Source: Mobula hypostoma (taxonomy: Eukaryota). Taken from it: 64,000 nt of DNA. A model generated the notes under the pieces. The model was not told the origin of the DNA and ran no database searches. It saw only the letters and a list, made by a program, of their open reading frames with translations. The stretch lies in the NCBI RefSeq assembly GCF_963921235.1, contig NC_086103.1:163060001-163124000 (forward strand), in the 5' to 3' direction. This document shows, in pieces, positions 12,735-25,600 of this stretch; the first letter of the stretch is position 1; every line of letters begins with the position of its first letter. A program made the translations under genes and the position numbers.

Positions 12735-14290
12735 AGTCCATAAGACATTGGAGCAGGATTAGCCCATCGAGTCTGCTCCACCATTTGATCCATTTCCCAC
12801 TAATTCCCATTCTCCAGCCTGCTCCCCATAACCTTTCTTGCCTTGACTTATTAATAATCTATCAACCTTTGCCTTAAATACACTCAATGAGCTGGCCACC
12901 ACAGCCGCCTGTGGCAACGAATTCCACAGATTCACCACCCTCTGGATAAAGAAATTCTTCCTTATCTCTGTCCTAAATGGATGCCCCTCAATTCTGAGGT
13001 TGTGGCCTCTGATCCTTGACTCCCCCACTAAAGGAAACATACTTTCCACATCCACTCTATCTTCCTTTCAACATTTGATAGGTTTCAGTGAGATTCCCCC
13101 CTCAATCTTCTAAATTCCAGTGAGTACAGTCCCAGAGCTATAAAAACACTCCTCATATGATAAACCTTTCACTCCCCAAAATCATTTTCATGAACCTCCT
13201 TTGAACTCTCTTCAATATCAGCACATTCTTGCTTAGATAAGGGGCCCAAAACTGCTCACAGCACTCCAAGTGAAGCTTCAGCATTATATCTGTGTTTTTG
13301 TATTCCAGTCCTCTCAAAATGAATGCTAACATCACATTTCCCTTCCTCACCACCAACTCAACCTGCAAACTGACCTTTGGGGAATCCTGCACAAGGGCTC
13401 CCAAGTCTCTCTGATTTTTTATTTTCTCCCTGTTAGAAAATAGTCTTTGCTTTTATTCCTTCTACCAAAATGCATGACCATAAACTTCCTGACATTGTAT
13501 TCTATCTGCCACTTTGTCCATTTCCCTAATCTGTCTAAGTCCTTTTGCAGCCTCCCTGTTTCCTCAACACACCTGCCCTCCACCTATATTTGTAGCATCT
13601 GCAAACTTGGCCACAAAGCTGTCAATTCTATCATCCAAATCACTGGCATACAACATAAAAAGAATCAGTCCCAACACTGACCCCTGTGGAATACCAGTAG
13701 TGCCCAGCAACCAATCAGAAAGGAGCCCTTTATTCCCTCTCTTTACCTCCTGCCAAACAGCCAATGCTCTATCCAAGCAAGTATCTTTCCTGTAATACCA
13801 TGAGCTCTTATCTTGCTAAGCGAGTTCATGAGTGGCAGCTTGTCAAAGGCCTTTTGAACATCCAAAGTACACAACATCCACCAATTCTTCTTTATCTATT
13901 TTGCTTATTACTTCAAAGAATTCCAACAGATTTGTCAGGCAATGTTTTCTCTTGAGGAGATGATGCTGACTTTGACCCATTTTATCATGTGCCTCCAAGT
14001 ACCCTAAAACCAAATCCTTAACAATCAGCACCACCACCTTCCTAACCACAGAGGTCAGACTAAGTGTTCTATAATTTCCTTTCTTCTGCCTCCCTCCCTT
14101 CTTGGAAAGTGGAATGACATTTGCAATTTTCCAGTCTTCCAGAACCATACCCGAATCTAGTCATTCTTGAAAGATCATTACCAATGCCTCCACAACCTCT
14201 TCAGCTCAGCTGCAGTATATCTGGTCTAGGTGACTTAACTACCTTTAGATCTTTCAGCTTCCCAAGAACCTTCTCCCTGGTAATAGCTAC
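12735..14290 (-). mobile_element. CR1 LINE, 5'-truncated, frameshifted RT
   Basis: ORF fragments [64 protein letters not shown]. Confidence 0.9.
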
Positions 14291-14849
14291 TGCACTGACA
14301 GCAATTACCAGAGTATTCTTTTAAGACTAAGTTGAAGCAAAGCCACTTTACCGCAGGGAATCTGCCTTTAAGAAAGCATCAAAGTGAAATGTGACAAACA
14401 GGAAAATGTTAATGAGGGAACAGCAATGATGGCATTAGTGATGTTCTAAACAAGTTATAAAAGCAAGAGGTCCTGTGCACATGAAGGGCATCTTGGTCCA
14501 GGGATTAGACAAATCTACATATACGTGGATGCCTTGTCCGAATGCAGTGTGACCTTACTGAATATTACAGCATTAAAAAGAACTACACTAAAATATTTAA
14601 AAGAGGCTACAGAAGGACTTGGAGAGATTAGGAGAATGGGCAAAGAAGAGACAGAATACAGTGTCAGGAAATGTATGGTCATGCACTTTGGCAGAAGATT
14701 AAAGGGGTAGACTATTTTCTAAATGGAGAGAAAATGCAAAAATCTGAGGGGCAAAGGACTTGGGAGTCCTTGTGCAGCACTCCCTAAACGTTAATTTGCA
14801 GGTTGACTCAGTGGTGAGGAAGGTAAATGTGACCATTCATTTCAAGAGG

Positions 14850-16897
14850 ACATTACTGCTGATTCCCAAACCAAAAGTCATGGAAGAACCAGGAGGCATG
14901 TCGTCTACTGAAGGCTAGATCTGTGGCATTCAAGGTTGGCGACCCAGGTTTGTACCAGAAAACCAGGTATGACTTGCAGAGGGCTATTTCAAGGGTGAAG
15001 AGACAATTTTGAATGAGGTTGAGGGCGACTTAGGATGTATGACAACTCTGTCAGGGATTGCAAGATATTACTTCCTACAAAGCGAAACCCAATAGCATGA
15101 ATGCCAGCGATGCTTCACTACCAGATGAACTCAATGACTTCTATGCCGACTTTAAAAGGGAGAATATACTACAGCTGTGAAGATCTTTGCTGCACCTGAT
15201 GACCCTGTGATCTCTGTCTCAGAGACTGATGTGAGGCTGTCTTTAAAGAGTGAATCCTCGCAAGGCGAGAGGTCCCAATGGAATACCTAATAAGGCTCTG
15301 AAATTTGTGCCAACCAACTAGCGGGAGTATTCAAGGACATTTACAACCTCTCACTGTTGCAGGTGGAAGCTCCCACTTGCTTCAAAAAGGTAACAATTAT
15401 ACCAGTGCCTAAGAAGAATAATGTGAGCTGCCTTAATGACTACTGTCCAGTAACACTCAGTGATGAAATGCTTTGACAGGTTGGTCATGACTAGACTGAA
15501 CTCCTGCCTCAGCAAGGACCTGGACCCACTGCAATTTGTCAATCACCACAATAGGTCAACGGCAGACGCAATCTCAATGGCTCCCCACACAGCCTTAGAC
15601 CTCCTGGACAATACAAACACCTATGTCAGGATGCTGTTCATTGACTATAGCTCAGCATCTAACACCATCATTCCCATAATCCTGATTGATAAGTTACAGA
15701 ACCTGGGCCTCTGTACCTCCCTCTGCAACTGGATCCACAACTTCCTAACTGGAAGACTACAGTCTGTGCGGATTGGTGATAACATATCCTCCTCGCTGAC
15801 GATCAACACTGATGCACCTCAGGGGTGTGTGCTTAGCCTACTGTTCTACTCACTCCATACCCATGACTGTGTGGCTAGGCATAACTCAAATACCATCCAT
15901 AAATTTGCTGATGATACAACCATTGTTGGTAGAATCTCAGATGAGACAAGGGGGCGTACAGGAGTGAGATATACCAACTTGTGGAGTGGTGTTGCAGCAA
16001 CAACCTGGCACTCAACATCATTAAGATGGAAGAGCTGATTGTGGACTTCAGGAAGGGTAAGATGAAAGAACTCATATCAATCCTCATAGAAGGATCAGAA
16101 GTGGAGAGAGTGAGCAATTTCAAGTTCCTGGGTGTCAAGATCTCTGAAGACCTAACCTGGTCCCAACATATTGACGCAGTTGTAAAGAAGGCAAGACAGC
16201 GATTATACTTCATTAGGGGTTTGAAGAGTTTGGTACGTCAACAAAAAACCTCAAAAACTTCTACAGGTGTACAGTGGAGAGCATTCTGCCAGGCCTGCAT
16301 CACTGTCTGGTATGGGAGGGAGAGGCGACTGCACAGGACCGAAAGAAGCTGCAGAGGGTCATAAAATTAGTCAGCTTCATCTTGGGTACTAGCCTACAAA
16401 TGTACCCAGGACATCTTCAAGGAGTGGTGCCTCAGAAAGGCAGAGTCCATTATTAAGGGCCTCCACGCCCAGGGCATGCCCTTTTCCCACTGTTACCATC
16501 AGGTAGGAGGTACAGAAGCCTGAAGGCGCACACTCAGCGATTCAGGAACAGCTTCTTCCCCTCTGCCATCCAGTTCCTAAATGGACATTGAACCCATGAA
16601 CACTACCTCACTTTAATATATATTATTTCTGTTTTTGCATGATTTTTAATCTATTTTTAAAGGAATGGAGGGTTATGGGTTGAGTGCAGGTCAGTGGGAT
16701 TAGGATAGGGTAACAGTTCGGCATGGACTAGAAGGGCTGAGATGGCCTGTTTCCATGTTGTAATTGTTATATGGTTATATTCAATATACATATACTGTAA
16801 TTGATTTTTTTCCTTCTATATTATGTATTGTATTGAACTGCTGCTGCTAAGTTAACAAATTTCATAACACATGCCAGTGATAATAAATCTGATTCTG
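14850..16897 (+). mobile_element. Rex1/Babar-clade LINE, degenerate RT
   Basis: [58 protein letters not shown]; tail gataataaatctgattctga. Confidence 0.85.
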
Positions 16898-16959
16898 AAC
16901 ATAAAAGCAAGGATGTAATGTTGAGGCTTTATAAAACACTGATGTGGTCTCACTTCTAA

Positions 16960-17992
16960 GCTGCAATATGGGTTTATTGAGGATAGAGGAACTAGGAACG
17001 CAATTTTCATACTACAAATGCTTTCAGAAAGGGCAATTGAATATCAAAATGATGTCTTTTTATGTTTTATTGATTTCACTAAAGCATTTGACAAAGTGCA
17101 TCATGAAAAATTATGTCAAATTCTCGCTAAACTAAACATTGATGGAAGGGACCAACAACAGCTGCAAAATTTATATTGGAATAAAATGGCAGTGGTAAAA
17201 ATTGATGATAATATGAGCAGTTGGACTAAAATTCAAAGAGGAGTTAGACAGGGATGCGTTGCCTCACCGGAACTATTTAATACCTATAGTGAAATGATTC
17301 TCAGAGAAATAGAAGACCTAGATGGGATAAAAATTGGAGGTGTTAACATTAACAATATAAGATATGCAGATGATACCACCCCAATAGCAAGTGCTGCAGA
17401 AGACCTACAAATCCTTCCGACAAAGTAGTACAAACAAGTGCAGATTTTGGCCTAACCATCAAATGTAAAAAAACCAAATGTATGGTAATATCAAAACAGC
17501 AGGATACTCCCAACTGCCAATTGTACATTGGTAACCAGGAGATTGAACAAAAGACCAACTTTAATTACCTTGGTAGCTTTGTATCACAAGATGCTAGAAG
17601 TAAAGTAGAAATAAAAAGAAGAATTGCCATTGCCAAAACCAACTTCTAAAAAATGAAACCCATTTTTACCAACAGACACATTTCTATGACAACAAGGCTT
17701 AGGCTACTAAAATGTTACATCCAGTCAACCTTGCTGTATGCTTCCGAAACATGGACTATAACACCAGAACTCCAAAGAAGCTTAGAAACAACAGAAATGT
17801 GGTTTCTTAGAAGAATGCTGAAAATATCATATAGAGATAGGGTAACTAATGAGACAGTACTCTAGCGTGCCCATACAGAAAGATCTTTAATGAGAACATT
17901 AAATGAGAGGAAACTTAATTTCCTGGGCCATGTCATCAGAAAGGGAGAAACAGAATGCCTTACATTACAAGGCCATATGCCTGGGAAACGCA
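16960..17992 (+). mobile_element. RTE-clade LINE fragment (RT)
   Basis: FIDFTKAFDKV..GVRQGCVASPELFN..GIKIGGVNINNIRYADD..LLYASETWT..EMWFLRRMLKI. Confidence 0.85.
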
Positions 17993-18859
17993 GAAGAATG
18001 AGGGATGACCTCATTGAAAACCGTTGAATGTTGAAAGGCCTTGACTGAGTGGATGTGGAGAAGATGTTTCCCATGGTGGGGGAATCTAAGACCAGAGGAC
18101 ACTGCCTCAGAATAGAGTGGTGTACTTTTAGAATGGAGATGAGGAGGTATTTGTTTGGGTAGAGAGTGGTGAAAGTGGAATTCATTGGCTCAGGCAGATG
18201 CGGGGACCAAGTCATTGTGTATATAAGGGGAGAAGGCAGGAGATTGGGGCTGAGAGGGAAAATGGATCAGCCATGATGAAATGGCAGAGCAGACTCGATG
18301 GGCCAAATGGCCTAATTCTGTTCTTATATCATATGGTCTTAATTTATTTTGATTGCTTAGAATGCCATTGATTTTTTACCTAGTTTTACAGCTTAGTGTG
18401 AACATGTTTATTTACAATCCATCCTAGTAGTATTTCATTAAGTAATCAAATAGGTTTTTATTTAATTCCAGTAATTACTACTTTCCATAGTATGTCAAAC
18501 CAATCTTTATCAACTACTTCCACTTAATTTTGGCACTGGATTTTATATATTTTTGTTTTGATGCATTCATGTATTATCTCCTTATATAAGTACAATACTA
18601 CTTATTGTTTTTATGCTTTGATGACTGTATGCTCCAGCTATCTTCTTTTCAAGCACCTGTTCAGATTTTCAACTTTTTAAAGAAAAGTTGGTTCTTAAAC
18701 ATTTTCCCAAGTACAGAATGTTTACCTTATTAGCATTCAGACAGTTCTGAAGAATTTCACTTTGTTTTGTAACAATCCTTGGCTACCAGCTGCCAGGTTT
18801 CATACAGGATCCCCTCTGTTCTTACTCCTGAGCTAATTCTTTACTTTCCACACCAGTTA

Positions 18860-19350
18860 TCGTAACACTATTACAGCACCAGGAATTGGGTTCAATTCCT
18901 GCCACTATTTGCGAGATGTTTGTGATGGCATGAGTTTCCTCCAGGTGCTCCAGTTTCCTCCAAAGATGTACCAGTTGGTAGGTTAATTGGTCATTGTAAT
19001 TTGTCTTGTGATGAGGCTGGGATTAAATCAGGGGACTGCTGGGCAGTGTGTATCGAAGGGCCTATTCCACACTGTGTCTCATAAATATATAAATAAATAC
19101 AATTATGAGAAAGGCCTTGCAACATCAGAGATAACATTACCACAGTAATGATTCCCATCGCTGTCTGTAAGGAGTTTGTATGTTTTTCCTGTGATCACAT
19201 GGGCTTCCTCCCACAGTCCAAAGATATACCAGTTGGTAGATTAATTGGTCATTGTAGATTGTCATATAATTAGGCCAAATCAGGGGTTGCTGGGCAGCAC
19301 GGCTTGAAGGGCTGGAAGGGCCTATTCCACACTGTATCTCAATAATAAAT
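18860..19350 (+). mobile_element. Two tandem tRNA-type SINE copies (~18860-19100, ~19140-19350)
   Basis: B-box-like gggttcaattcc in the first copy; shared caaagat.taccagttggtag..ttaattggtcattgta..gaagggcctattccacactgt and AT-rich tails. Confidence 0.75.
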
Positions 19351-20121
19351 GCTTTTACTGTATTAGTACAGATTTTGAGTATATTAATCACAGATCTCAG
19401 CAGAGTTATGAATCTCAGCCCATTGCTTAAGAGACAAATTTTCAATTGACATTTAACTACTTAAATCACAAATACCAAACATGAAACAGGTTTGCTTAGG
19501 TAAAAAGCAAGAGTTGGGAATGTATGATTAATTGGTTTACCTTGCAAGGATTTAATTCAATTTCTTTTTTTTAAATAGCAAAGACATTACATAGAACAAT
19601 TCATTTATCTAGCAGAAATTTGGAGTATTTAGTTTGGTGAACTATAGCACCAAGTATAGTCACTGTTGGCTATGGAGCAATTAAGATATGGAAGTAAACA
19701 TCAAACTCAAATGGATCAAGGACTGTGACGAAGGCCCGTCACTGATTACGGACGGCACATGGCACACTCAGTAAAACACTCAAAGGGTCATCCACACACA
19801 TTATTCCCCTCTATTATTGTGATGAGTGCACGCATCACAATAAATCAACAGTCACAATTTTACACTCATCCCCAGCAGTAATAGGTGTGAAAAAAAGAAA
19901 CACATTATGTCACAGTTCAATTATCTCAGGTCAATTTATTCATATTCATCTTTCCAATAAGTGTTTTGCCAAAGTGTCATGATAATCTGACGTCTCTCTC
20001 CTCCACAGTCATTGGGTCTGAAACAGAGCTGCTGCACAGAGCTGTCTCATATAGAGGCAGCGGCAACCTGCACAGGTGTGCTGATGGTGGAGGATACCAT
20101 CTTTAACTGGGTCAAGGGTTA

Positions 20122-20458
20122 TGTTACCTAATTACTCATCTTGTGGTAAAGTTTTGGGGTTTATTTAAGTTATTTAACCGGGAAATGGTGAATCCTATAA
20201 TGAGGTATATGTGTTTATTGTGAGAATTGGCAGTAGAGTTTCAGATTGTGTGAAATGGAAGATAATTGAGTTAATCAGCTTTTGGTTGGTCTAGGGGGAG
20301 GGGCTTAGCAGTTATAAGCCTCGGGTTACCAAGGCTTTGGGTTTTTTGCTTTTTTTGTTTTTCCACTATTTTTGTGAATAAAAGCACCTCAATCTATTTT
20401 TGCGACTCAAGCCATCTTGTTATTTTTCTTAGACAGTTGATCCACAGTTTTTGTGACA
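20122..20458 (+). mobile_element. Possible solo LTR
   Basis: TGTTAC...GTGACA termini with internal TATAA then AATAAA in U3-R-U5 order; no clean TSD seen. Confidence 0.3.
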
Positions 20459-22551
20459 AGGACAGTGGAAGTAGGCAAGCCAGTTGTCTTTGTTCTTGCC
20501 ATGACATCGAAGGAATGGAGGCTGCCATTTTGTGAAGTAGCTTTGCATCCTCCATTTTGTGAACTGGTTTTGCTTGGCTGAATCAGAGTTTTAAAGTGGA
20601 CATAATGATGTTCCAGGTAATCTGCTGGACTGGAGATCATTTCCAAATAAGAAGTTATTTGTGAGGTGTTCTTTGGTTAGATATAACATGCAGATTTGTG
20701 AATGGTGGGGTCTGTGTCTGCAATGAGTGATTCGAGCTGATTACTGGTTTGGTAACTCATTTAGAACAAAGACCCAAAAATTACCAGTTGTCACTTGTGG
20801 AAAAGGGCAATAAATGGATGCTAGTTTGGACCAGAGCCAAGAAGTTGATATAAATGACAAATAAGATGCATCATTTGAATGAGTAATACTTTATTAATCC
20901 CCAGTGGGAAAACCTTTTGTTACAGCAGCAACATTTTAAAACAGACTTGGCAGACTTATCTAATAATAAGTGTTTAAGTAAGGAGATTCAAATGCAGAGG
21001 CATGAAAACTCCATAGATTAACCATCACAAGAAAGAACCCTCATGCCAGTGGCTGGGAGAATGGGATATCCTCTATTTCAGTGTTATAAATTGGAGAAGT
21101 GGTCTGAGTGAGTATTGGTACAGAAGGTACAGTAGAATTTATGTGTGAAGTTGTTGGCTTGGGGTCAACAGTTATGTTGTTTGTGCAGAGACAGTAAAGT
21201 GCAAGCTTTGTGAGTTTTCTAACCTATGAATGGTCAACAGTCACTATGTGTAATAGGGTATTAGGATACTTAAAATTGTCTTGGCAAAATCCTTGGAGAA
21301 AATTGTATTTATTTTCATTGTCCTTATCCAGAATCAGGATATTTGTGGGATTTATATGACCCAACCACTGAGGTGTACAGTAAATGTGGTGGAAGATGTC
21401 ACGTTTGTCAAGTCATAAGTTAGCTCACAGGAACAAGATGCATCTGTTCGAGTACAGAATGTTACAGAGTCACACAGCACAGAAGCAAGCAGTTTAACTC
21501 ACTGAACATTCATTTACACTCATCCCACTTTATTCTCCCTACATTCCCATTAACTTTCCTCCAGATTGTACACTTCACCCCCACAGTCTGGGGCAATTTA
21601 AAACCTGATTGTGAATTTCCTTGCCAATAAGAGAATAAGATGATTAAAAGCATACAAAATTTTGTAAAATAAGTGCAAAAACACACATTAACAAATTTCC
21701 TGTGTTCATGATCAATATAATTTCCAATGTCTACAGGTTTTAGTTATTAATTCCTACAAGATTCACAGAAGAAATCAGAAGCAAGACTTTGTTCACATTA
21801 TTGTTTTATTTTTGTTATAAATGCAGAACTTGTATCTCCAAAAACAAAGACACACTGTTGTCATGGTATTATCTGACCAGCTGACTCTAATCACCCACAA
21901 AATATTACCCAATTTATAATGAGTTGAGATGGGCTCAACAGTAAAAGAGTTCTCCTAGAGAGCTGGGGGATTCAATTAAATTTTGCTTAATCTAATACCA
22001 GTTTTAAATCAGCCAGAAAAGGGAGAAAGGTTGGAACAAAAATTAGGAAAAAGTGAATTTGAAATTTAAAAAAAATCTTTCCACCCTATCACCACTCTTT
22101 CTCGAGTTCAGCCTAACTGGCTCATTATATCTTCTTTCTAATCATTCATTAACCCAATTTGAGTATAAATATATTCAAAAACTTATCAGGCAAAGTGGGG
22201 AAATATACAAAAGAAATATTCATTTAAACTTCCCAATAAATGCTTTTCAGAAAAGCTGCTGGAACTAGTGCTGTTGAAGGAATGCTCTTCATTAAGAGGT
22301 TTGATAAATACAAAATACACAAACTGGTCTGATTGCTGGATTCAATATTCCACCATTCACGCTTGTAGAAAAAGATTTGCCACGATTCAAACATTTCAAA
22401 AGGACAAATCAGAAGTAAAATTGGATTTATTCCTGAAATCTGCTTAGTTATTTATCAGTATGTACAACACATTTACAAATTATACAAATATCTAAGCTGT
22501 CTTATACACTGTCAACAAGCAACGTTCAGCAAGTACTTCATGAGTGGTGTT

Positions 22552-22688
22552 TTACTGCACTCTGTACTTGTAGAACCAGCACAGTCCTTTGGTGAAGTTC
22601 CATCCCAATCCCAGAGACAGCAGGAACAAAATGATGAGAAGAGCAAATGGGTACAGCAGGGCAACTGTATTCTTCAGAAAAGGCAATG
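22552..22688 (-). CDS. UNC50: UNC50 terminal coding exon
   Basis: cttcag|CA TTG CCT ... GTG CAG TAA; (A)LPFLKNTVALLYPFALLIILFLLSLGLGWNFTKGLCWFYKYRVQ*. Candidate poly(A) signals (minus-strand AATAAA) at 22426-22431 and 21805-21810. Confidence 0.95.
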
Positions 22689-25600
22689 CTGAAGGGAAAA
22701 AAAATGTCGTTTTTATTATTTTTTTAAGATCTCTGTCACTGGCATAGCCAGCACTTATTGCTGATCCCTAACTGTGTTTGTAATGTGTTGTTTGCCAAGG
22801 TATTTCAGAGGATACTTAAGGCTCTTAAACAGTGACCATTTTACAGGAGTGGAACCCGGGATGATCTTCTGCTTCAGTAGTCTATCCACTTTAAAGTTCA
22901 ACATGTCATATTTTCAGAGATACTCTTCTGCACATAACCGTTGTAAGATATGGTTATTTGAGTTACTTCACCTTCTTGAAAGATTGAACCAATTTGGTCA
23001 CTCTCCTCTGACTTCTCACTAACAAGGCGTTTTCACCCACAGAACTGCTGCTCACTGGATGCTTTTTGTTTTTCACGCTATTCTCTGTAAACTCCTGAGA
23101 GAGTTGTGCATGAAAATCCCAGGAGTTCAGCAGTTTCTGAGATACCCAAACCACCCTGTCTGGCACCAACAATCATTCCATGGTCAAAGTCATTTAGATC
23201 ACATTTCTTCCCCATTCTGTCTGAACAATAACTGAACCTCTTGACCATGTCCACATGATGTTTTGCATTGAGTTGCTGCCATATGACTGATTAATACAAA
23301 TATCTAATGAAAAGTGTACAGGTCTACCTAATAAAGTGGCCACTGAGTGTATAATCGATGAATCCGGAATCACATATAGGGTATACAAATGTCATTACTT
23401 TAAGGAGATAGCTGAATTGGATGATGTTCTTATGATAGTTCAATTGTTTCATGGTGATTATTGATACTGACCTAAAAAGTCAGTATTAATTAAATTTAAA
23501 TTCACAGCCACCGTATGAAGGTGACATTTGAACTCAGGCCTAGGTTGGATTATTAGTGTAGGCATCTGGCTCACTAGGCTGGGAATATGATTACTGTGCC
23601 AACGATGAACTAAGGGGAAATAAGCAGAAGGAAATTCAGACAGAGTCAGAGAAAGGGAGAATGCTCACATGTAGAATAGTAAAGTTGATTCACCTTTTCT
23701 TAGCTCAGTTAACATGTAACTGGGTAAACAAAAAAAAAATGTTTGGCTCATGAAAACAAATCTAGTGATATCCCAGCGTATATGATGAATAAACTCTTCC
23801 CCAACTTCAAGCCAAGTACAGGTATTGATTATAAATGACGTTTCAATGACAAACTCTGCCATCTTCATCAGGGATGATGCTTGGGCATGTCTAATCTGGT
23901 GGTATTTATACCACCCCCCCCGCCCCCCGTAGTCAGTTCCTTCTGATTGGTTAGTCCTCACCCAATCAAGCTTCTGCTCTTCTGTCTGGTTTACAGTTGA
24001 GTTCCAGTTCTTACTTAGAACGAGACCTTTGTTAAAAAAAAATTTCCTCTAGTTTTATTACAATGGCTTCCTTCACCAGGAGGTTCCAAAGGCCATTGGC
24101 GCGGTACAATAGTTTTGTGACTTCAAAGTCAATCCTATGGCCATTGCAAATGCAGTGTTCTGCTATCCTCAATTTCTCTGGGTAACCTAAATGGATACAC
24201 CTCCTGTGCTCCTTCACACGGTTTTCCACCGTGCGACCCATCTGTCCTTTATACAATGCTCTGCATTCACAGGGAATCCTGTAAATGTCAGCCAAATTGA
24301 GTCCCAGGTCACCTCTGACTCGCATAAGCTATGATTTCAAAGGTTCAATAGTTCATTTATTAAAGTATATAACCCAGAAATTCTTCAATCTGAAGAGTTG
24401 GATTTGAGCTTCCTTACGGGTTTGCGGATGGTATTAATCTGGTATTTCCTCAGGAACCTGACAAAAAAAACAGAAACCTAAAAACGAAGAGGAACATGTT
24501 GCTACCGCCTGTCCTCCCTGTATTTTCACTTTTTCTGGAAGGATGGCCAGGACCCTGAAGAAATACCAAATTAATACTAGCCACAAACACATAAGGAAGT
24601 TTAAATCTGTTTATGCAGGTCAAAAATGACCTGGGACTCGAGTCGGCCGGCGTTACAGGATTCCCTGTGAATGCGGAGCAGCATATATCGGCCAGATGGG
24701 ACCCACAGTTGTAACCCGCATCAAGGAGCAGAGGACGTTTATCCGTTTGGGTTACCCAGGGAAATTGGCAATAGCAGAACACTGCATTCGCAATGGCCAT
24801 AGAACTGACTTTGACATCACAAAACTATTGTATCACGTCAATGGCCTTTGGCACAGGAAGCCAGTGAAATAAAACTAGAGGAAAAGAATTTTACCAAGAC
24901 AAAGGTCTTGCTCTAAGTAAGAACGGGGATTTGATTGTAAGCAAGGTAGAAGAGCAGAAACCTGATTGGATGAGTACCAGGAGGGACAGACTACAAGGGT
25001 ATAAATACCACCAGAATAAACATGCCCAAGGTTTATCCTTGATGAAGTTGGCAGAGTTTGTCATTGAATCGCCCGTTATAATTGATATCTGTACCCAGCC
25101 TGAAGCCCGAGAAGAGTTTATGTTTGGCTCATATTAAATGGGGACAAATCACTTGAAATTACATTCATTGACCAATCTGTGGAATGTATGACACCATTGA
25201 ACTTCCAATCTCAGCTGACGATGCAACTTATGAGCAGTAGGCAAGCAGTTTATCAGGGAGCAGTAAGGTGTGCAAGTTAAGTAGAGAGAGGGACAAGTGC
25301 AAGTCATTCAATTAATTAATCAAAAAAAAAATCTTAGTCCCCAAAAATCAGTGGATAGGCATATTGCAAGGCTGAGCCAATAGACTAGGAAGAATGCAGA
25401 TAAAGAATGGAGTTTTGGAACAATTATCCTGCAACTGAGAAATTTAAAATAAAACCAGCCAGTCTTTAGTGACTAGTGCTTGCTATATGCAGATGTTGGA
25501 TTGTTTTTGAGAGCACAAAATAATTACATTTCAGAAAATTAGTTTCTTCTAAATGTCATGCAAAACAATGCATTTAAAATTGATGCTTACCACTATATCC

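Larger units (their letters stand above)
14600..18340 (+). mobile_element. CR1 3' fragment split into three pieces (14600-14850, ~16897-16955, ~17993-18340) by nested LINEs
   Basis: Pieces are colinear with the CR1 at 41255-42630 (catttcaagagga...ataaaagcaaggatgtaatg...gacctcattgaaa). Confidence 0.75.

Noticed and set aside
15460-17865. Reverse-transcriptase ORFs as a host gene or retron-like system
   Set aside because: Frameshifted fragments of Rex1 and RTE LINEs nested in a CR1.
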